Shown in pieces: positions 41,882 through 52,900 of a stretch of DNA of 64,000 bases (the stretch's first letter is position 1; every line of letters starts with the position of its first letter). The position numbers and the translations under genes are program-made. Under the pieces are notes generated by a model. That model ran no database searches. It saw nothing but the letters and a program-made list of their open reading frames with translations, and was not told where the DNA came from. The stretch comes from Anthoceros angustus. Taxonomy: Eukaryota; Plantae; Anthocerotophyta. The DNA lies in contig MU008184.1 of assembly GCA_010909165.1 (NCBI GenBank), positions 682,001 through 746,000 of the forward strand, given 5' to 3'.

Positions 41882-42470
41882 ATGTCAAGTAGTGGGAGAA
41901 AAGTCCATGCGAAGCACGCCAACGTGGTGGACCATTCTCCACAGCAACCTCCCTCCAAGCGAAAGCGATGCAGCCGAGGCAAGGGGCTGGAAATGGGGAA
42001 GGCGGGCGATGGCACGGTGGTGCGAAACACGAAGGCCAAGAATCGTTGCCCGAGCGGGATTGATTGCACATAGGAACTCACAAGGAAGAGTGGGCGTCCC
42101 AAGGGGCTTGAGAAGGAAGAAGAGGCGGGAAGGGAGCATCAGGTTGGGAAGATAGTACCCAGACATTGTTTGACGAGTTAGGCATTGTACCCGGCACTAC
42201 GCTCGAGAACCCTTTCACTTCGCGAGAAAGGACTGCCTTGAAGGAGATATGTGCACATCTTCCTAAACAGGGTCTACTCGACAAAGAATGGTGCATCCAT
42301 GAAGAAGGCACTGATTCCACTCAGGCCAACTTTGATCCAATCCCAGTGTTATGGGTCAATGGATACATGGATGTGTTGAAGACACAGAAGATAGTGGTGG
42401 GCTACATCCTATGGGCCTGGAAGTGCAGTCGGATCAAATGTGAGAGTGAAGCTTTTGATGCACTATGAAG
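41882..42470 (+). pseudogene. Unknown TE-associated ORF, divergent from the transposase, frameshifted
   Basis: MSSSGRKVHAKH..PPSKRKR (NLS-like) followed by LFDELGIVPGTTLENPFTSRERTALKEICAHLPKQGLLDKEWCIH..YILWAWK. Confidence 0.4.
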
Positions 42471-42661
42471 AAGTTTTACATGAAGACTTCTAATTGTCAT
42501 CGGATGCTTGTCTTGGCGGACAAGTTGATTGCGAGGACGCAACACACGGACTGAGGAGGACTTGGCGTTGCTCTTACACTCAACAAGGTGAGCTTGTTTC
42601 TATGCTTTCGATTCTAACTGGGTGGTTTGGACGCCGTGGGCGCCTTGTGCATGGCCCTCTT

Positions 42662-42980
42662 GATGTGCGCGCGCGGTGCGCGCGCACCGCCTCCTCCCCC
42701 CTCCCCATGGCTGGTGCGCGCGTGCGCGCACTGCCGCCCGGGACCCATGGTTCGTGCGCGTGCGCGCACCGCCCTCCGGGACCCATGGTGCGGCGCGCGC
42801 GGTGCGCGCGGTGCGCGCGTGCGCGCGCGTGCGCGCACCTCTCGCCCTCGGGCCCATGGTGCGGCGCGCATGCGCGCACTTGTGCGCGCGCGGTGCGCGC
42901 ACCGCCTCCACCCCTCCTCGGCGCCGGGCCCATGGTGCGCGCGCGCATGCGCGCACTTGTGCGCGCGCATGCGCGCACAC
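42662..42980. repeat. GC-rich alternating purine-pyrimidine repeat array (GTGCGCGC / CCCATGG units)
   Basis: Long (GC)n/(GT) runs, self-complementary; related motifs at 39540-39720, 37441-37466 and 63875-63900. Confidence 0.85.
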
Positions 42981-43125
42981 AGCGCCGGTCTTGGCGTGAA
43001 GTTGTCTTCCTTGTTGTATTTTTGCGGCGGATGGTAATCCTCTCTTGGTTTTCTTCACAGACGTTTGTGAATGCCCTTACGTTTCTCCATAAAGAGATCG
43101 TAGTTGGCTTAATTATGACAAAGAT

Positions 43126-44306
43126 GGCCGATGAAGGCATGGGCGTCAACCTATTGTGGAAGGCGGAAGGAAGGCGGGTGCAATTTGCAACATCACTAAA
43201 CGTGGTCTGCTATGGGGAAGAACTATCCGGCGAAGACTCCATGGACCAAGATACCGAAGGTATGAGCGCCCGGCGGATAGAGGTTGAGGATGAAGCAGAT
43301 AGTAGGGATCGCGAAGAGGAGGGAGCAGACGATGAGGAGGCGGATGGTGAAGCCGTGGATTTGAACGCGCAAGATGAGATGAATAGGAATGAGGAGACCC
43401 AAAGTGAGGGACTATCCAAATGGTCCTCAAATGCATCCAAAAATCAGTTGTTTTTGCCATCAGCTGAACAAATATTGAAGAGTCTAGAAAACATCCGGCA
43501 TGTATCTGAAGCAGAAAGAGCAAGGGGATATATTGTCGAAAGAGAAGAAGGCAGGAAGAAAGCCCAGAACAGAACCCAAGACGAGGACATAGAGGAGGAT
43601 CTTCAGGAAATTGTTCGAGACTCGCCTGTGAAAAGGAAAGGCAAGGGCAAAAGCGTGAAGAGGGCTACGCATACAGACGTGGACAATAGTCCGGCAACGG
43701 GGAGAGTGATAACAAAAGCAGTTATGACAGACAATGATAGAGTGGGCGGGCTGAGCGAGGATCCTCTCAACCAAATCAGGAGTCGCACACAAGAGATGCA
43801 TCCCTCACCACGGACATGGTTGCCATCACCAAGCTAAAGCGCTGATTATTTAACCCGAGATGCTCAAATCGGAAGAGTAGATGAGTCTTGGGAAAACATC
43901 TTCTCAGAAATAAAAAGGGACCCGGTGCAAGAAGAATTACTTCCCACCTTTGTATGATAGACCCAAGAGAGTGCCCAGATGTACTACGATAAGGATAAGT
44001 GAAGAAACAACAATAGACTATGGGAGTCTTAGGAAATCACGGCTTCTATGCTTTCCAGAGACTATATCACGAAGGAGGAATTCGACTACCAATATATGGA
44101 AGCCCATATCTATGCGGGTTGACATGGCCGAGATGAGATGTTGTAGCGGATCACAATGTAAAGGCCGATTCAGAAGCGAATGTCTTTCATCGAGCAAGTT
44201 CGATACATCACGATGAGATGAAGATTGCGGCTAGGGACCAGCGTCAACATTACTATGGACCTGAAATACAATCTCTGAGGATGCTCTGCGTGAGCGGGGA
44301 TGCCGT
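43126..44306 (+). pseudogene. Unknown TE-associated ORF with acidic N-terminus, interrupted by the LTR element; appears to resume after ~63378
   Basis: MADEGMGVNLLWKAEGRRVQF..acidic tract..KRKGKGK; coding-like sequence resumes after the right LTR (..MRDRVDEVFDLWEKGELL..). Confidence 0.45.
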
Positions 44307-47300
44307 TGTGGCGCGACTTTCTTGGCGGCGGCGGTAGCACAATCCGTGTCGTTGTAGGAAGGAGTTCGTTCCCAAGGAATAGCGGCTCCGTTTGCGGCGT
44401 TCGGTGATTTCGTCTTACTTCGTCACTCGGTCCCCTCGCACACCCCTTAGTTCACGTCTAACTACTCGCAACAACACCGCGGGCGGTATGGCCAAGCGTT
44501 TAAGGACCCGTTCGCGTCCGTTCGTTCGTTCGTCTCTCACCTCTCGTCCTCCTCTCTCACACTACACTTATCGGTCTTAAGGAAGGCCGGGTTACAGTCC
44601 GGACCTCCTCGTCGTTCCAGGGCCTCTCGTCCGGGCGCCACGCCCTCCGAGTCCCTCCGGCTCACACGTTCCGGTCCGTTCGGTGGGGCTCACGGGCGAC
44701 GGGTCCCGATCACCCTTCCTGCACACACCACAACACGTTAGGTCCGTCACGGGACCACGATCAATCCCTCCGGGCTCGTGCACCTTTCGGTGACTCGGGA
44801 CTCACGTTATGAAGACACACAAGGTGCAAGAGCGGCATCAACACCAAGAAAGATGATTTATTGGGCGGCCCGGCCCTCTTATACTACGCCTAGGTCGGCG
44901 TCTTTATTACACCCCTATTACGGTGGCGGCCATTTCGGTATGCCCTAATCGCCGCCTACCATCCTATTCCCTCCTCCTATCTCCTTCGCCTGGGTGGGAA
45001 GGTCCAGTTCCGCCTTGGGATTGGTGGTCCAATCTCCACGGCGATTGGCGCGCAATCGGATGATCCGCGGTAGACCCCTCCTTTCCCGGAATCACAGCCG
45101 GGTTGGGCTCACCGGTCGGCGACCGCCGTTACCTGTCATCCTCCCACAGCCTTCCGTGGGTCCCCTCGGTGGGGCCCTGATCCCTCCCCTAAGCGTAAGT
45201 CGAGGGCTCCTCCTTCTTGGTCGGGACCTCGGTCTCGACTCGGGAACTCCAAGGTCGGTTTATTTAGTCGGCCGGTGGTCGCCTCGTCTCGGGTTCGGAC
45301 CTCGGGGTCCGTACTTAGAGTCCGATCTCCAAACTCGGACCCCTTCACAGGACCTCGTCTTTAGGTCCTCCTCCTTACCCCGACCCTTGTCTTGGTCGGG
45401 TTGGCTCCCTTGCACCCCTGCAGGCCCTCACCCCCCCTCCGGATCGGGTGGTGGTGAACTTACCTTGGGGTCATGCGTCCCGCTCCTCACAGGGCTCCCT
45501 CCTTGCCGTCGTCTCCAAGCAGGGCCCCTAGGTCCTCTTTGTCTCGTGCCCTTCTTCCTCCGAGCCTTCCAGGGCCTCTCGTCCGGGCGCCGAGAGGCCT
45601 CCCGCCAGGAGCTCGGTGTGGTAATAGGCAAAGTCCGAATCCACTTGCTGGATTGCCTCTTCCACGTGTGCGGGCACCGATACTCCCTTCGCCATAGATG
45701 CTCGGGGCTCCCTCCTTGTTGCTCCACCTCCTGCTCCATCTTGAGGCTGGGCCTCTCATGGTGCCAGTGCCTCGGTCACCTCCATCGTGTTGTTGCTCCA
45801 CTTGCTCCAACTCCTCCGTTTAGTTCATGCTTGCACATAGCGTTCCCCTTCCTCAATTTGGACGGCTTCTTGCCTTCGGCGCCCTCGCCTCCTTGTCCGT
45901 GCTTAACTCCGCCATCTCCCGCTCGGGCGGTCGGGCAACACGGCGGGCTGCGGGCTTCACCAGGCCCTCCATCTCGGCGTCGCTCCTGTTCCGCCCTTCG
46001 ACTCCGTCCGCCAGAGCCGAGCCGCTCTATTTCGTCGCGTTCGCGACCATGTCCTGAACTACCATTCCTCTCAATGATAGTTTGGGCTGCGGCTCAAAGT
46101 CTCCTTCTTCCCCTCAGGGCCTTCCGGGGGGCCGTCTTGGCGGCGGGCGGGGCCTCTGCCGAGCTCGGTGTGGTAATAGGCAAAGTCCGAATCCACTTGG
46201 ATTGCCTCTTCCACGTGTGCGGAGCACCGATACTCCCTTCGCCATAGATGCTCGGGAGGCACATTGCCGTTGCTCCACCTCCCGCCGGGTTGGATAGGTG
46301 GGGCCTTCTCGGAGGCCAGCCTCGGTCACCTCCATGATCGTCATTGCTCCACTTGCTCCAACTCCTCCGTTTAGTTCTGCCGGCTTGCCGCCATAGCGTT
46401 CCCCTTGACTTCCTCAATTTGGACGGCTTCTTGCCTTCCGGCCCTCGCCTCCTTGTCCATTACCTCCGCCATCTCCCGCTCGACGGTGGGCAACGGCGGT
46501 GCGGGCTTCACCAGGCCCTTTTCCATCTCGGCGTCGCTCCTGTTCCATCGCCTTCTCGTCCGCAGGCGGGCGCTCTATTTCCCGTCGCGTTCGCGACCAT
46601 GTCCTGAACTACCATTCCTCTCAATGATAGTTTGGGCTGCTCAAAGTCTCCTTCGTCCTCCATCTCCTGCCTTCTTTGCTCCACCTCCGGGGAGTCGGAA
46701 TCCTCCATCTCCTTGTGGCGACTTCTTGGGCTGGTTGGTCGCGCTTGCTCCACCTCCTGCTCCATCTTGAGCGGTGGGCGCTCTATCTCACCTCGAAGTC
46801 TTGGATTCTCCCATTGAGAATTCCTTGCTTGCTCCGTCTTGGGTTGTAACTCCAAGGTGTCCTTCTTGTCCTCCAACTCCTGCGCCTCCCTTCTACCTCT
46901 GCAGTGCACAGGGTCCCGATTTCCGGGTCTTGGCCTCCGGTGTTTGCCCGGCTCGTCGTGCTTGCTCATGACCACACTCGGCCTTGATTGGCCGTGGCTC
47001 TCGGCCTCCCTCCACCGGTTCGATCACGCCGATAGTGATCGCGATCGGCCTCGCCGTGGCCTCCGCCTCCTTGGCCACCTTCACGAGCCTCTCGGCTTGG
47101 CTCTGGTCGGTCAGGCCTCCGCGGATCCGCGCCCGTTACGCTTGCGCCCGGGCGTCCTCGCTTCTCTGTTGCGCTCGCCCCTCACTGCGGAGGTCCTCCG
47201 CCCGCTTGGGCCTCCTTAGTGCACTTGTTCCTCCGGTGAAGGAATTTGTCCGGTCCTTGCGGATGGACGGACCTCCCTCTCGCCTCCGGCGTTTCCTTCC

Positions 47301-49917
47301 TCAATCGGCCGAGCTTGGCCTTCCTTCGCCTCCTGGGCTCCCTCCAAGCTGCTCCACGGAGGAGTACCATGCGCCTCGGGTGGCTTCTACCTCCACAGGT
47401 CTTCTCGGCCATCCCGAGACCCCAGGCATACCGTCCATGGCGGTGGCAGGACCCGTGTTTCTTCCACGGCCTGGTGAGGCTCCCACAAAGTCCGTGGCGG
47501 GGCCGGCATCTCACAGTCAGGACCTCCATACCGCTGTCAGAGTCGGGGGGTTCTCCGGACCTAATCGGGACCCTTAGGTCTGAGTCTTGGCTCGGGCTTC
47601 CCCTCCTTGGCCCTTTTGGCGCGAGCTCCTTCTCGCCCTTTTCCTCCAGGGCTCGGAGGAGGTGAGTCAGGAGCAAGCCTTTGCCCCTTCACGGTGGCAG
47701 GACCGGCTCGATGTGCTGCAGTGTCCTCCTCCTGGGCGTCCTCACTTCTGCTGCGCTCGCCCCTCTGCTGCGGAGGTCCTCCGCCCGCTTGGGCCTCCCT
47801 CCCGCCTCCTCCGGTGAAGGAATTTGTCGGTCCTTGCGGATGGACGGACCTCCCTCTCCGCCTCCGGCGTTTCCCTCCTCAATCGGCCGAGCTTGGCCTT
47901 CCTTCTCGCCTCTGGGCTCCCTCCAGCTGCTCACGGAGGTACCATGCGCCTCGGGTGGCTTCTACCTCCACAGGTCTTCTCGGCCATCCCGAGACCCCAG
48001 GCATACCGTCCATGGCGGTGGCAGGACCCGTGTTTCTTCCACGGCCGGCTGTGAGGCTCCCACAAAGTCCGTGGCGGGGCCGGCATCTCACAGTCCGAGG
48101 ACCTCCCGTTGTCGGAGTCGGTGGGTTCTCGGACCTAATCGGGACCCTTAGGTCACGAGTCTTTGGCTCAGCTTCCCCTCCTTGGCCCTTTTGGCGAGCT
48201 CCTTCTCGCCCTTTTCCTCCACGGGGCTCGGAGGAGGTGAGTCAGGAGCAAGCCTTTGCCCCTTCACATCGGCAGGACCGGCTCGGGTGGTGCTGTGTCC
48301 TCCGCTCCACAGGCGCGTCCTTTGCCCTCCTTCCTTCCTCGCTTCTTGCCACTCAGGTGGCGGGGAAGAATCTTGGCACCGGCCCGGGGTGCAGCGTTGG
48401 TAAGTGGTCTTGCGTCTCTTGGCTCCCTCACAGTCGGGCTCCTCGGTAGGAGTGATGGCCGTGGCGGGGCCTCGGTCCTTTCGGGCGCTTCTTGGGTGGT
48501 ACGGTTGGGGCACGGAAGGAGGCGGGGAATTTCTTCCCATACTTCCACAGGTGGTGAGGGGTCCGTTCAGCGTATGGAGTCGGAATCCTCGATCGTCCTC
48601 CTCCGTCCGTTTGGCTTTCGACGGCCTCCTCCCTCGGCCCTTGCGCTCCACTTGGCGGGGCCTCAGGTCCTTTCCGGGCGCTCGCTCAAGCTCTCCTTCC
48701 TTGAGGAGCTCGAAATGCCCCATACATGGATCGGTATGGGGCGGCCCAGATGGCGAGGCTTCTCGGTCTGAGCTTGCGAGCCTCTGGCTAAGCGGCGAAA
48801 TCCTTCCCAGTCCGCCCTCTTCCCCGTAGCGCGGGAACATTATCACCAAGGTGATCCACCTTGGTGAGTAGGTTCGATGGACAATGATCCGGGCCACCGC
48901 CCTTACTCATTGTCCAGGTCGGATATCGATACCGTTGGTGGTCGTTGCGTCGAGCCTTAGCGCGCTGGCGCGGCCTATCTTCCCTTCGCCTTGAGGGGCT
49001 CGGCACCACTCCCCTCTTCCTCCTTTGGGCGGTTGTAGGCGCCTCGGGACCTCAAGGTCCATCGCCTTGGGTCCTCCGGAGGTTCTTGGACCGCACCTCC
49101 TTGTTGACCGCCCGGCATCTTCGGGCGAACTCCGGACGGTGACCTTGTCAAATGTCGGACCATGGAACACATCCAAATGCCACTCCTGCACCAATTCCTT
49201 CCGGGCCGGGGCCCAAAGTCCGGATAGCGGGTCACAATGTTGCGCTCCACAAGGTTCCATGGCTCCCAAACTTCCAGGCTTTTGGGTGCCATCGCCTTCT
49301 CCTCCTTGGTTCTTGGCCGGCCCAAAGTCCGGATAGCGCGGGTCACAATGTTGCGCCTTCTTCGCGTTGTTGCTCAACCTCAGCGGTGAGCGCGCGCGGG
49401 CGAGTGTCACGAGATACGCGAGCGGTGCGGGCGCGAGATCGCGAGGTCTCGGCTGCGGTGATGACCTTCCCTTCTTCGCCGCCGGGAATAACGGCGGGCG
49501 CCTCTTCCTCCGTGGCGCGTGCACGCGCTGCACGCCGCCTCCGCTTACTGCGGCCTTACGCCGCGCGTACTCGGCCTTCGCCGCCCGGTCCGCGGCGTGA
49601 ATACTGCTATGACCTCACAGCAGTCTGACAGCGGCATGCCGTCCTCCACTCGAGTTGCCCGTGGCGTCGCCTGGTCATCCGGCTCAACTTCTAAGTTACT
49701 TTCCTGGCGTACTTATCACGGTCACAGGTGGGTCCGGACTTATCCGTTACCGTGGCACCTACCATAGTAGGTCTGATGCGTTCCTCACTCGGTCGGAGTA
49801 TACTCCAGTGCCGTCCGAGTGCTACCCATGCTTCCCCTTTTTCGCCTCATTTTATCCTTTACTCCTACAAAAAACAAAACCCTACCTAATTTCTAACCCC
49901 GAAGTCCGTAGTCCACA
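44307..49917 (-). repeat. 3' LTR (5.6 kb, including two internal ~0.5-kb tandem duplications)
   Basis: Begins TGTGGCGCGACTTT, ends GTAGTCCACA; colinear with 58897-63371; minus-strand TATAAGAG at 44876-44883 and AATAAA at 44857-44862. Confidence 0.92.
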
Positions 49918-49930
49918 TACTCCCCTTCTC
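49918..49930 (-). promoter_or_regulatory. Polypurine tract
   Basis: Minus strand GAGAAGGGGAG-TA immediately precedes the LTR start TGTGGAC. Confidence 0.9.
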
Positions 49931-52900
49931 ACTGTTGGCGTCTCCAACACTAAGCGTGTACTTTTCACCGCCATCCGTTCACCAGTGGGCGGCTTCACCA
50001 TCCAAGCGCGGTGAGCGGACCCATTGGGTATACCCGTCGACTTGGTAGGTCCCATCCATCGTAGGTGGAGTTTACAGGAAGTGCATATGTCGGTATCGTA
50101 AGGAGGCGGATCTCCCTCCTTCACATACTCACGATTCTAAGGCGCTATCATGCCACGGCTTGCGTTGATTACATGCATTGCATTATTGTTGCGCCTCTTC
50201 CGGTCCTCCGTATCTTTGCACAAACCCTAGCAACGCTCCGGTTGGCTCTCTTCATCCGTTAAGCGCCTTTCCATCATGACCGGTGTTGGCACCTCAAACT
50301 CGGCCGGCATAACGGGTGAGTGCCCATAGGTCGAATGTCTGAGTTCGTTGCGTGGTTACCTTCTCTGCCGTTACGAGCGCCCATAGCGCGATGGCGCTTT
50401 TGTATCGATCGTGCGCATAGTTAGTCGACAGAGGATGCGGCGAGATAAGTCCATTGGTCTTCTCCGTCGATCCGTTGGCCTTGGATTGTAGGGGCGTTTC
50501 GATGTGTGATGCGAAATAGTCCGTCATTGCGGTTATCACATCATTGAGGAAATGGGTTCCCGATCGCTTACTACAGCGGACACCCGTACCTTGTGATGAT
50601 GTTTCGTGAGGAATTTGGCCACCGTGCTCGCGAGTCCGTTCTAGTAGCGCTTCACCCACAGTGCGATGGTCGTTGCCACCAAGATGTACCGCTTTTGTGT
50701 GCCTCGTCGTTGGTATGGGTCCAGCGAAGTCGATGCCCCTTCTCAAAAGGCGCTAGTGCTAGTATGGGCACTAACGGCCATTGAGTTGTGGCGTCGGCTT
50801 CCGATCCGACAAGCATCACACTTCTTCACGAATTGGTGTGTTTCCCCATACATGGTGGGCCACCAGTACCCAGCCTCCAAGATTTTCTTGGTGGTGACCT
50901 GCGCTGCATAATGTCCACCACCTAGTCCTTCGTGCATCCCCTTTATTACCACCTCCGTCTCCGCCTGTTGGAGGTACCTTCGTTCCACGCCGTCCGGCCC
51001 CACCTTAAAGATGCAACGTTATACTGGAAAGGCGGCGTAGTGCACAAAGGCACTGGACCGGTTCGATTCGTTGGTAGCTCCATCTCCCATAGGTACCGTT
51101 CCAACTCCGCGTAAGAGGCGCCGCGTCGCTCCCTTCTCCGCTTCTGGGTCCATGTCCCCGACTTAGGGTTTGTCCGGCTGTGCTCTTCTGATTCCTCCAC
51201 TATCGCTGCCACCAATTCCTCATCCGGAAAGGCGTCCTCCTGATCCTGTAGGACAGGCTCCGTCTTTAACCTGGACAAGAAGTCAGCGTTTTGGTGTTGC
51301 TTCCCTTGCCTAGTCTCCACCTCAAATGTGAACTCCTGTAGCAACAGAATCCACCTCGCAATCCGTCCAGACAGGTCGGCCTTGTTTACCAAGTGCTTGA
51401 GCGCGAAGTGATCAACATAGAACACAAACTCATTGGGCGGGAAGGTAATGCAGATTTTCTTAACGGCGTATACCATTCCCAATGCCTCTCGCTCCGTAGT
51501 AGTGTACCTCCGTTCCGCGTGCGTGAGCTGTCTTCCAGCGTAGTAGATTGGGTGATCCCTCCGTTTATCATCTTTTTGACTGAGCACTACCCCGATGGCG
51601 AAGGCTGACACATCCACGTACACATGGAATCGCTTCCCGGTCCGGTCCTTTGAGTCTTTGGGGCCGACCAGTGGTGCGGAGGTCTCTGAATCGCCTCCTC
51701 TACCTCCTCCTCTATCGCGCCACCAATTCCTCATCAGGAAGGCGTCCTCTTGATCCTGCGGGGCGGGCTCTTCTGGACAAGAAGTCGCGTTTTGGTGTTG
51801 CTTCCTTGCCTAGTCTCCACCTCAAATGTGAACTCCTGTAGCAGAATCCACCTCGCAATCCGTCCGGACAATGCCTTGTTCACCAAGTGCTTGGCCAGTG
51901 ATCAACATAGAACACAAACTCATTGAAGGTAGTGCTGAATTTCTTAAGCGTATACCATTCCCAATGCCTCTCGCTCCGTAGTAGTGTACCTCGTTCGCGT
52001 CGTGGCTGTCTTCCAGTAGATTGGGTGATCCCTCCGTTTATCATCTTTTGGTGAGCACTACCCGATGGCGGTGACACATCCACGTACACATGGAATCGCT
52101 TCCCCGGTCCGGTCCTTTGAGTCTTTGGGGCCGACCAGTGGTGCGGAGGTCTCTGAATCGCCTCCTCTACCTCCTCCTCTATCGCGCCACCAATTCCTCA
52201 TCAGGAAGGCGTCCTCTTGATCCTGCGGGGCGGGCTCTTCTGGACAAGAAGTCGCGTTTGGTGTTGCTTCCTTGCCTAGTCTCCACCTCAAATGTGAACT
52301 CCTGTAGCAGAATCCACCTCGCAATCCGTCCGGACAATGCCTTGTTCACCAAGTGCTTGGCCAGTGATCAACATAGAACACAAACTCATTGAAGGTAGTG
52401 CTGAATTTCTTAAGCGTATACCATTCCCAATGCCTCTCGCTCCGTAGTAGTGTACCTCGTTCGCGTCGTGGCTGTCTTCCAGTAGATTGGGTGATCCCTC
52501 CGTTTATCATCTTTTGGTGAGCACTACCCGATGGCGGTGACACATCCACGTACACATGGAATCGCTTCCCCGGTCCGGTCCTTTGAGTCGGGGCGACAGT
52601 GGTGCAGGTCTCTGAATCGCCTCCTCTCGGCGTCGGGTCCATTCCTCCTCCTTCTGAGTAGCTCTGTTAGCACAGGCCGCTTTGCAAAATCTTGTATGAA
52701 GCGCCTATAGTAACCACCATGCCGAATCCCGTAACTCCTTCAAGTTCGTTGGTGGGCTGCGGGGGGATGACTTTCACCTTGTCTTGGTCCACCTCTATCC
52801 CTCTTACACACTCGGTGCCCCAACAAGATTCCCTCTGTCATGCAGTAGCATTTCTCGGGATGCGAGCCTGTTGAGTCTCCTACATCGTTCCAAACACTTC

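Noticed and set aside
42494-43125. N-terminal half of the 447-aa ORF (Arg/Ala/Cys-rich)
   Set aside because: Translation of the GCGC repeat array, probably intronic, not real protein.
44994-48449. Long plus-strand ORFs in the LTR (417 and 280 aa)
   Set aside because: Pro/Ser/Leu-rich antisense shadows of the purine-rich minus-strand coding region, and not preserved as frames in the other LTR.
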